Assembly: GCF_006345805.1 (NCBI RefSeq) | Contig: NW_021832462.1 | Location: 1-30,901, forward strand | Length of the DNA: 30,901 nucleotides | Reading direction: 5' to 3' | DNA from: Octopus sinensis | Lineage: Eukaryota | Part shown: piece by piece, positions 11,640 through 20,110 of the stretch | How positions within the stretch are numbered: position 1 is the stretch's first letter | Layout: every line of letters starts with the position of its first letter | Notes under the pieces: model-generated | Database searches by the model: none | Seen by the model: only the letters and a program-made list of their open reading frames with translations | Told to the model about the DNA's origin: nothing | Made by a program: the position numbers and the translations under genes

Positions 11640-12130
11640 AATAAAATCTTCCAGAAAATTCCTTCTGCATTTAAGGATACAAACTAATCAATTCCTCTGC
11701 TAAAAATAGAATCTAAACTATTTAAAGCAAACAATTACATCTAAAATATAAGGAAGACCTATAAAACTCTAAAGAATCTCAAACCAACACTAAAAAAAAT
11801 GTTTATGAAAACATCAGCATCTATTGTTATTTAGTAACAATTATTTCTACTCGCGGCGGTGATAAACCTATGCAATGATGAATTTAATGCTTCAAATCGC
11901 AGTTAATTCCTATACGAGACATATTAGAAGTTATTTTAAATGTTCAGACAATCAGAAAAGCAAGAGAAAATGATTAATAAAAGACATCAACCGTCCGTAG
12001 TTAATATTTCGGATGAGGAAAATGGCTGTGTCTGCTCAAGGTTTTATCTCCAACTGCTTCGAGAAAAAAAGCCTTGCCTTTATGATGCGAGAAGTGGTGA
12101 TTACAAACTACATAGTTTCGGATTCAGTCC
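11640..12130 (+). pseudogene. Decayed Penelope-like element ORF end (linker plus GIY-YIG endonuclease)
   Basis: Fragments read across frameshifts: IPLLKIESKLFKANNYI*NIRKTYKTLKNLKPT, (GVYKL-like)..CND, HIRS..DNQKS, MINKRHQPSVVNISDEENG, FYLQLLREKKPCLYDARSGDYKL. Order and spacing fit the PLE linker and GIY-YIG C-terminal half, and a hammerhead follows downstream. Confidence 0.55.
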
Positions 12131-12318
12131 CACAGCGTAACACGTGGCAATTATTCGATTGTCATAATAAAACTATTTTTTTACTTTTTCCCCTTCGGGT
12201 TTTTTTACCTGTATTTAGCCGTCATTCTAATATCTCTTTTGTTTGTCTTAATAACGGTCAATTACAAAGTAATTTCCCTCCATTTAAGGATTATTTTCAT
12301 AGCATTTTTTTTTTTTTT

Positions 12319-12397
12319 GGTTGTCTTAATAACTGATGAAATGCCGGAGCAGATTTCCGCCCCGACTTCCGAAACTCAGAGTTTTATTATGGCAACC
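12319..12397 (+). ncRNA. Type-I hammerhead ribozyme, copy 1
   Basis: Stem I GGTTGTC-T-TAATAA / TTATTA-T-GGCAACC; core CTGATGA at 12333-12339; GAAA at 12371-12374; stem III ACT(CAG)AGT; predicted cleavage after 12383 (GUU). Stem II is long but imperfect. Confidence 0.75.
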
Positions 12398-12671
12398 GAA
12401 TAATTCTCACAGCGTCACAGGCAAATATCTTCTGCTGTGCCCCTAGTTCCGATCGAGAAGGTGAATCACAATGACCTCTTTGAGTGCACAGTTTGTGACA
12501 GACCATGTTTTTCTTTCCAAACTACACGGTTTCGAATTCAGTCCCACAGCATAACACGTGGCAATTATTCGGTCGTCATAATAAAACTATTTTTAATTTT
12601 TTAAATTTTTCCCTTTCGGGTTTTTTACCTTTATTTAACGGCCATTCCAATAGCTCTTTTGTTTGTCTTAA

Positions 12672-12985
12672 CCCCTTACCCGGCAGAAACGAATATATGC
12701 GTTTTCACCGAAATCGTTTTTTTTCTATCTCTGGCGAGTTAACTCGTCAAAAGATAGACTCGCCAAAATCGACAGCAAACGAGTTCCTTCGTCTATTATA
12801 AACTCTTTTTTGACATATACGAGTATATTCGCTCACTTTATACGTCTGGCAGCGACAATGAGTCCTTTTGATTTTTTTTTCTTTGTATATAGATGAAAGA
12901 GTTATAGAGCATGTATTGACTGAAACTAATAAAAAATATGTCTGAAAAAATACATTTATTTTCAAAATAATTGTTGGGTAAGGGG
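12672..12985. mobile_element. piggyBac-type MITE (314 bp)
   Basis: TTAA TSD at 12668-12671 and 12986-12989; 10-bp perfect TIR CCCCTTACCC / GGGTAAGGGG; empty TTAA site in the paralogous copy at 12248-12251. Confidence 0.88.
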
Positions 12986-13049
12986 TTAATAAGGGTCAAT
13001 TACAAAATAATTTCCCTCCATTTAACGATTATTGTCATAGCATTTTTTG

Positions 13050-13128
13050 GGTTGCCTTAATAACTGACGAGATGCCGGAGCAGATTTCCGCCCCGACTTC
13101 CGAAACTCAGAGTTTTATTATGGCAACC
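13050..13128 (+). ncRNA. Type-I hammerhead ribozyme, copy 2
   Basis: Stem I GGTTGCC-T-TAATAA / TTATTA-T-GGCAACC (13 Watson-Crick pairs); core CTGACGA at 13064-13070; GAAA at 13102-13105; predicted cleavage after 13114. Confidence 0.8.
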
Positions 13129-13190
13129 GAATAATTGTCACAGCCTAACAGGCAAATATCTTCTGCTGTGCCCTAGTTCCGATCGAGAAG

Positions 13191-13572
13191 GTGAATCACA
13201 ATGACCTTTTTGTGTGCACAGTTTGTGACAGACCATGTCTTTCTTTTGCTGGACTCAAATCTCATTTGCGAACGCATGGAAAACGAACCTCCACCAACTA
13301 TTCTGCCTATCTGTCTGCGCACACCTTTCAATGCAGTGTCTGCCAGAAGTTTTGCAAATCCAACGGAGGCCCCAAAATACATTTTAAGATCCACAAAGAT
13401 CAGAAACTATCTGCAGCTCTTGGTGGTCCAAATCGGAGGGGCATTCTATGTGGGTGGCTTTTCAGAACATTGACTGGTTTAAAAAGCCACATCAGACGCC
13501 ATGATGGTTCTAAGGTGTAGGTAGAGGTGGTGGTCAGACGCTGCATAAGGAGTAGAAAACTACCATATATGT
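13191..13572 (+). pseudogene. Three C2H2-type zinc fingers (third damaged), most likely the 3' end of an RTE-type LINE ORF plus short 3' UTR
   Basis: CTVCDRPCLSFAGLKSHLRTH, CSVCQKFCKSNGGPKIHFKIH and (x)LCGWLFRTLTGLKSHIRRH. No TGEKP linkers, no in-frame ATG, and the region ends in a CATATAT tail-like sequence. Confidence 0.6.
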
Positions 13573-13872
13573 AAGGCGGCGAGCTGGCAGAAACGTTAGC
13601 ACGCCGGGCGAAATGCGTTGCCGTATTTAGTCTGCCGTTACGTTCCGAGTTCAAATTCCGCCGAGGTCGACTTTGCCTTTCATCCTTCCGGGGTCGATAA
13701 ATTAAGTACCAGTTACGCACTGGGGTCGATGTAATCGACTTAATCCGTTCGTCTGTCCTTGTTTCTCTCCTCTGTGTTTAGCCCCTGAATTTGAACTCAG
13801 AACGTAAAGACAGACGAAATACCGCTAAGCACTTCGCCCGGCGTGCTAACGTTTCTGCCAGCTCACCACCTT
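13573..13872. mobile_element. Family B SINE (13573-13785 plus) abutting an inverted family B head (13787-13872 minus)
   Basis: 13787-13872 is the reverse complement of about the first 86 bp of the plus-strand copy. Confidence 0.92.
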
Positions 13873-14197
13873 GACCTCTGTTGCTTGACCTTAACCACTC
13901 GAGCATATCTCTTAATGGCTGACAATATGTGTATCTCTGATCATGAGCAAGAGTAGTGGGGGGAACATCGCTACTATGTTGAGAAGGATTCTTTGGGGTT
14001 TGAGTAAATGTAACGAAAGCAGTTTGAAGGAAATATTAGCCAATTTTTCATAGTTTCTAGGGATCAACAAATAAGGAATAATCGCTGCTGACCAAGGACA
14101 AAAATCAATTTACATAGTGTTATCGATATCACATATTCAATGTTAAACGCTTTCATTCAGCGGTACTTCGTCCAGGGAAAGTCGATTTAATGATCTA

Positions 14198-14350
14198 TTG
14201 GGTTGTCCGGAAAATTCTTGCCGATTTATACTAGCTTACCTTTCGATTTATTTTAGAACGTGGTTGAGTCCATAAAATAGGATTTGACTACACCTCCATT
14301 TAGAGCACAGTTTAAGCTATCTTTTCGTGGAAGAAGGTTTATGTTCCTAT
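14198..14350 (+). mobile_element. Orphan left end of the mariner element
   Basis: TA followed by TTGGGTTGTCCGGAAAATTC... About 150 bp nearly identical to 14516-14668. Confidence 0.9.
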
Positions 14351-14515
14351 TTCATTCTGGTGTCCCCCAACCCACAGCCATGCGATGTTATAAAAACTAG
14401 TTTTATAGATATTACTTTCAAAATTCCTATTTTGTCCCCACCCCATTAAATTGTGTAGGTTGAACTATGTAAAATGTTTAAGAAACCTTACTCTTTCTTG
14501 TAATACATACAAATA

Positions 14516-15079
14516 TTGGGTTGTCCAGAAAGTTCGTGCCGATTTATAGTAGCTTACCTTTCGACTTATTTTAGAACATGGTTGAGTCCATAAAATAGGA
14601 TTTGACTACACCTCCATTTAGAGCACAGTTTAAGCTATCTTTTCGTGGAAGAAGGTTTATATTCCTATAATCTGTGTTAATTCTGTAACCCTTCCCAGAA
14701 GATAAGAAAGTTCATTTTCAGCACTTGATGCTTTGGGACCCAGACAAAAATTGCTGCAGCTCGGCTGGGATGTGTTACCCCCACCCTCCATATTCACCAG
14801 ATTTTGCTCCTTCGGATTTCCACTTATTCAGGCATCTGCAGAATAGTGTTAATGATAAAGATTTCAATTCCTTGGATAACGTAAAAAGATACCTTGATGA
14901 ATTCTTTACCATGAAACCACCTCAATTCTGGGAAGGGGGTATTTTCAAGTTAAAGGAAAGATGGAGACGCATTGTGCAACAAAATGGTTCATATTTGGCT
15001 GATTAAAAATGTAATGGCAAGTATTTATTGACCTTTTTCTTTCCTTTAAAAATCGGCACGAATTTTCCGGACAACCCAA
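14516..15079 (+). mobile_element. Internally deleted mariner (Tc1/mariner) transposon with transposase C-terminal remnant
   Basis: TA flanks at 14514-14515 and 15080-15081; about 30-bp TIR TTGGGTTGTCC(A/G)GAAA(G/A)TTCGTGCCGATTT; RQKLLQLGWDVLP, frameshift, then HPPYSPDFAPSDFHLF...LKERWRRIVQQNGSY (mariner YSPDLAPSD motif). Confidence 0.95.
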
Positions 15080-15306
15080 TAGTTTTGAAAAACACATCAT
15101 ATTTCAAAGACAGGCGTAACGACTCGCTGAGGAAAGGAACGGGGGGGGGAGATATGGATATTGCGTTTTATTTCACTGCCTTCGAACCGCCAATTAACGA
15201 GTTTAATGCTCGACTTGGCCATCAAAGATCTCAGGTCCTCTGTCGAATATCTCTTACAGCTCGCTTGACTGGGGCCAGGTGCACTTGTCTCTCTGAACAG
15301 CGTCTT

Positions 15307-15692
15307 TGGAAGCACTCCGTCGGTTACGACGATGAGGGTTCCGGTTGATCCGAATCAACGGAACAGCCTGCTCGTGAAATTAACGTGTAAGTGGCTGAGC
15401 ACTCCACAGACACATGCACCCTTAACGTAGTTCTCGGGGATATTCAGCGTGACACAGAGAGTGACAAGGCCGGTCCCTTGAAATACAGGTACAACAGAAA
15501 CAGGAAGTAAGAGTGAGAGAAAGTTGTGGTGAAAGAGTACAGCAGGGATCATCACCATCCCCTGCCGGAGCCTCGTGGAGCTTTTAGGTGTTTTCGCTCA
15601 ATAAACACTCACAACGCCCGGTCTGGGAATCGAAACCGCGATCCTATGACCGCGAGTCCGCTGCCCTAACCACTGGGCCATTGCGCCTCCAC
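15307..15692 (-). mobile_element. tRNA-derived SINE family C, full length
   Basis: Head (reverse complement) GGAGGCGCAATGGCCCAGTGGTTAGGGCAGCGGACTCGCGG...GGTTTCGATTCCC. Near-identical copy at 24072-24456. Confidence 0.93.
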
Positions 15693-15956
15693 TGAATATC
15701 TCTTACAGCTCGTTTGACTGGGGCCAGGTGGGATCTGGTGACGGAACACGTGGCACCATCTACATTTGAAATACGGGTTCTGGCTACAGCCACCCGATTG
15801 AGACAGGGGCTCATCCACATGAAGACACCTGCGGGAACAATTACGTTAAATATAGAGCAAGCCGCCTTTTGGTAAAGTACTGTGCAGTAGGATCGAACCT
15901 GAAATTACGTAACTGTAAAGCAAACTTCTGAACCAAAGAGACATGCCAGCTTCCGC

Positions 15957-15988
15957 TTATGTATGTATGTATGTATGTATGTAAAAAA

Positions 15989-16029
<41 letters not shown>

Positions 16030-16069
16030 CGTATGTATGTGTGTATATGTATATATGTATGTATGTATA

Positions 16070-16134
<65 letters not shown>

Positions 16135-16149
16135 GTCTGTCTGTCTGTT

Positions 16150-16196
<47 letters not shown>

Positions 16197-16199
16197 ATT

Positions 16200-16231
<32 letters not shown>

Positions 16232-16232
16232 C
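15957..16232. repeat. Compound microsatellite (TATG/CATA/CTAT/TA)
   Basis: Direct inspection. Confidence 0.95.
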
Positions 16233-16646
16233 GGTGAGCTTCTTTCAGTTTCCGTCCACCAAATCCACTCACAAAGCTTTTGGTCAGACCCAGACTATAA
16301 TAGAAGATACTTGCCCAAGGTGCTTCGCAGCGGGACAGATCGCTGAACCATGTAGTTGGGAAGCAAGCGTTTTAAAAACACAGCCACTCCCGCTCACCCC
16401 TCCTCCACCTCCCCCACCTCCTCCTCCTCCTCCTCCTCCTCCTTCCCGCTCCTTCCTCTTCCTCGAACACAAATCATCCCATCTTTAACGTAATTAAATT
16501 AGTAAAAAAATGTCTTATACGTTCTCTTTTGTTATTTTATTCTATCGGTCTCTTTTGCCAAACTGCTAAGTTACGGGGACGTAAACGCACCAGCATCGGT
16601 TGTCAAGCAATGCTAGGGGGACGAACACAGACAAACACACACACAC

Positions 16647-16702
<56 letters not shown>

Positions 16703-16713
16703 GCATGTATATG

Positions 16714-16745
<32 letters not shown>

Positions 16746-16810
16746 TGTATGTATGTATGTATGTATATGTGTGTGTGTATGTATGTATGTATATGTATAT
16801 ATACATACAT
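16233..16810 (-). mobile_element. Family A SINE fragments (head half 16233-16395; 3' part 16535-16640) with a (CCT)n tract and microsatellites
   Basis: TTCTTTCAGTTTCCGTC..AAATCCACTCACAAAGC and CTATCGGTCTCTTTTGCC..CAGCATCGGTTGTCAAGCAATGCTAGGGG. Confidence 0.82.
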
Positions 16811-17135
16811 TGGGTGTACGAACACAGACACAGAAACATATAAAAAAAAAATAATAATAATGAAATTATGGTATACAGTGCTAACTGTACCCTTTGTGTT
16901 TTAAAACCCATAAATATGGCTTCGGGTGGGTTTTCGGGGTTGGAATAGATCAATTATATTCCACTTCATTTCAATGGCTAAAATTATTTTGTAAAACGTA
17001 TGAATCGCAAAAATAAGTTCGGTCGCGAAACAAATAAATCTCGTACTGCGAGTAATGACCTAAGGGAGTTAACTCATTAAAGATTTACAAGAGTTATCTA
17101 CCCTGGAATATTTTAGGATTTCAATCGAATGTATA

Positions 17136-17359
17136 CTCTTTTGCTCTTTTACTCTTTTACTCGTTTCAGTCATTTGACTGCGACCATGCTGGAGCACCGC
17201 CTTTAGTCGAGCAAATCGACCCGGGACTTATTCTTTTGTAAGCCCAGTACTTATTCTATCGGTCACTTTATGCCGAACCGCTAAGTAACGGGGACGTAAA
17301 CACACCAGCATCGGTTGTCAAGCAATGCTAGGGGGACAAACACAGACACACAAACACAC

Positions 17360-17400
<41 letters not shown>

Positions 17401-17568
17401 TATACGACAGGCTTTTTTCAGTTTCCGTCTACCAAATCCACTCACAAGGCATTGGTTGGCCTGGGGCTATAGCAGAAGACACTTGCCCAAGTTTCCACGC
17501 AATGGGACTGAACCCGGAACCATGTGGTTGGTCAGCAAGTTCCTTACCACACAGCCACTCCTGCGCCT
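17136..17568 (-). mobile_element. Family A SINE, full length
   Basis: Complete tail-to-head match with internal (TA)n. Confidence 0.95.
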
Positions 17569-17630
17569 AAAAATTTAAGACTACTGGCAGCGGTGGGACA
17601 ACACTCCAAGACTCGTATTTATCTTACTCA

Positions 17631-18046
17631 AAGGCGGCGAGCTGGCAGACACATTAGAGCGCCGGGCGAAATGCTTAGCGGTATTTCGTCTGTCGTTACG
17701 TTCTGAGTTCAAATTCCACCCAGGTCGACTTTGCCTTTCATCCTTTCGGATTCGATAAATAAAGTACCAGTTTCGCACTGGCGTCGATGTAGTCGACTTA
17801 ATCCGTTTGTCTGTCCTTGTTTGTCCCCTCTACGTTCAACCCTTGTGGGTAGTAAAGAAACAGGTATTTCGTCTGTCGTTACGTTCTGAGTTCAAATTCC
17901 GCCGAGGTCGACTTTGCCTTTCATCCTTTCAGGGTCGATAAATAAAGTACCAGTTACGCACTGGCGTCGATATAGTCGACTTAATCCGTTTGTCTGTCCT
18001 TGTTTGTCCCCTCTGTGTTTAGCCCTTTGTGGGTAATAAAGAAATA
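17631..18046 (+). mobile_element. Family B SINE dimer (head plus two bodies) with 15-bp TSD
   Basis: TATTTATCTTACTCA at 17616-17630 and 18047-18061. Confidence 0.95.
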
Positions 18047-18319
18047 TATTTATCTTACTCACCCTGTCTACCCCTCTCTCCCGCACCTTCTCCCCCTCCT
18101 CCCTCCCACTTTTCATCTCTCTCTCATTTTCTCCTTCTCCCTGCTTCTTTCTGTATGTGTTTGTATATGGACGTTTGTCTTTTTCTGTGTGCACTCACAA
18201 ATTATATTTATACACAAAAACACGCTTGCTCACATATACATACATACATACATACATACATACACACACACATTATATATATATATAGATATATTCGAGG
18301 CTTTCTTCCAAGGAATCTA

Positions 18320-18462
18320 ATGCGCTTGGCTTAGATTTTCCTTTGGGGCTGGCCAGATCGGAGCAATCTCAAGATTAATCGGCAGAATGTCCCGTCCGTA
18401 TTTTTTGTATCGTCTTCTAAATGTTTCACGTTCTTGTCCCAGTTTGTATTTTTTACAGTTAC

Positions 18463-18470
<8 letters not shown>
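18320..18470 (-). pseudogene. Possible GIY-YIG endonuclease remnant (PLE)
   Basis: ICNCKKYKLGQERETFRRRYKKYGRDI resembles the C-x-x-C-x-x-x-YIGQT-x-R-x-F-x-x-RY-x-EH-x-x-DI pattern. Short and weak, but adjacent to a hammerhead-bearing fold-back. Confidence 0.35.
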
Positions 18471-18493
<23 letters not shown>

Positions 18494-18498
<5 letters not shown>

Positions 18499-18791
18499 AT
18501 ATAATTCGAGAGAAAACTACTATTTTGCAAAACAAACAAGGAACGACTTAATCAATAAATAAAAATTTTTGATATAAAGAAATAAACCGCCACTACAATC
18601 GTTTCATGTCTTCAATGACTTCATAAATTAAAACAGATTACGAGATCGAAAATCCACCTGACGAATGTCATTGAAGACATGAAACGATTGTAGTGGCGGT
18701 TTATTTCTTTATATTAAAAATTTTTATGTATTGATTAAGTCTTTCCTTGTGTTTTTGCAAAATAGTGGTTTTGTCTCGAATTATATTATAT
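18494..18791. repeat. Fold-back element: about 125-bp inverted arms (18494-18619 / 18667-18791) with 47-bp spacer; probable PLE pseudo-LTR plus inverted partial copy
   Basis: Arms differ at only a handful of positions. Confidence 0.92.
18654..18696 (+). ncRNA. Minimal type-I hammerhead ribozyme motif
   Basis: CCAC - CTGACGA - ATGTC attgaa GACAT - GAAA - C gatt G TA - GTGG. All core nucleotides present; GUA triplet. Confidence 0.7.
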
Positions 18792-18861
18792 AATATTTTA
18801 CTATAAAATTGGATTTAATCCTAAATCTGATTTTTCCCTGTAAATTTTGGATTATTCCTAA

Positions 18862-18901
<40 letters not shown>

Positions 18902-18984
18902 TATATAATAATATATATATATATATATATATAAATACATATACATATATATATATATATTCATATATATATAAAATGTGACCG

Positions 18985-19170
18985 CGTGTGTACCGTTGGC
19001 GATTTTTTCCTCCGTCTTCCCTTCTCTGGATCTTTCCTTCTATGTTTCCGACGAAGAGCTCCGCTCGAAACGTTAAACGCTCCTTCTTTCCTTCTTTCCT
19101 GAGCGTCCAATAATACTATATTTGTTCCACGTCCTCGCGTTGTTGTTTTTTTTTATTTTTGCTTTCTTGT
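18985..19170 (+). mobile_element. PLE pseudo-LTR-like fragment containing a minimal hammerhead motif (19044-19078)
   Basis: GTTT - CCGACGA - A - GAGC tcc GCTC - GAAA - C GTT - AAAC, with palindromic stem III AACGTT. Confidence 0.6.
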
Positions 19171-19176
19171 TTGGAT

Positions 19177-19223
<47 letters not shown>

Positions 19224-19238
19224 TCATATATGGCATAT

Positions 19239-19299
<61 letters not shown>

Positions 19300-19331
19300 G
19301 ATAGATAGTAGATAGATAGGATAGATGGATG

Positions 19332-19412
<81 letters not shown>
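19170..19412. repeat. (TA)n plus (GATA)n microsatellite
   Basis: Direct inspection. Confidence 0.97.
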
Positions 19413-19456
19413 GGAGATATATAGTGAGGCGCAGGCGTTGCTGTGTGGTAAGAAGC

Positions 19457-19690
19457 GGCAACACAAGCGACCCCGGAGACGCTGCCAGGAGCCCGGAAGA
19501 CCCGAGAAGAGTTCTCTCTCCTTCGCAAAGGACCGCGTTCGTGGAATCGGCTCGTCCGGAGATACGGATATGTTGCCTGTAGAGCGCCGCTTTCGGCGGC
19601 CCTGGTAAATCCGGGTCTGTAACGATTCGCACCTCTCGAGTCGGTCCGTACCCACCATCTGTAGCAGGTTTCCAAGTTATACAGCCTCTC
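19457..19690 (+). pseudogene. 28S: Diverged 28S (LSU) rRNA fragment, retroposed
   Basis: Collinear near-matches to conserved LSU blocks recalled from memory: CGG(C/T)AAC..CCCGGAGACG, GAAGAGTTCTCT, GGCCCTTGAAAATCCGGG (here GGCCCTGGTAAATCCGGG) and CCGTACCC..AGCAGGTCTCCAAGGTGAACAGCCTCT (here AGCAGGTTTCCAAGTTATACAGCCTCT). Confidence 0.85.
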
Positions 19691-19695
19691 GTCAA

Positions 19696-20110
19696 AAGGC
19701 GGTGAGCTGGCGGAGACGTTAGCACGTCGGGCGAAATGCTTTATGGTATTTCGTCTGCCGCTACGTTGTGAGTTCAAATTCCGCCGAGGTCGACTTTGCC
19801 TTTCATCCTTTCGGGGTCGATAAATTAAGTACCAGTTACGCACTGGGGTCGATGTAATCGTCTTAATACCTATGTCTGTCCTTGTTTGTCCCCTCTGTGT
19901 GTAGCCCCTTGTGGGTAATAAAGAAATAGGTAATTCGTCTGCCGTTACGTTCTGAGTTCAAATTCCGCCGAGGTCGACTTTGCCTTTCATCCTTTCGGGG
20001 TCGATTAAATAAGTACCAGTTACACACCGGGGTCGATGTAATCAACTTAATCTCTTTGTCTGTCCTTGTTTGTTTCCTCTGTGTTTAGCCCCTTGTGGGT
20101 AGTAAAGAAA
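19696..20110 (+). mobile_element. Family B SINE dimer fused behind the 28S fragment
   Basis: Head AAGGCGGTGAGCTGGC; internal junction GAAATAGGTAATTCGTCTG at about 19930. Confidence 0.94.

Larger units (their letters stand above)
12104..13246 (+). repeat. Tandem duplication, unit 414 bp (12104-12517; second copy 12518-about 13246, interrupted by a MITE)
   Basis: CAAACTAC...TTCAGTCCCACAGC through GACAGACCATGT is present twice. Confidence 0.93.

Noticed and set aside
13191-13520. Member of the cephalopod C2H2-ZNF host gene expansion
   Set aside because: No TGEKP-type linkers, irregular finger spacing, third finger damaged, no start codon, and a retroelement context.
17050-17110. AAGGGAG(T/A)TAAC...GAGTTAT dyad-like motif, also near 24540-24585
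   Set aside because: Short and degenerate; probably remnants of an old dispersed repeat, with no boundaries definable by eye.
19073-19843. 256-aa and overlapping minus-strand ORFs
   Set aside because: Composite of antisense SINE, antisense 28S fragment and (TATC)n repeat.
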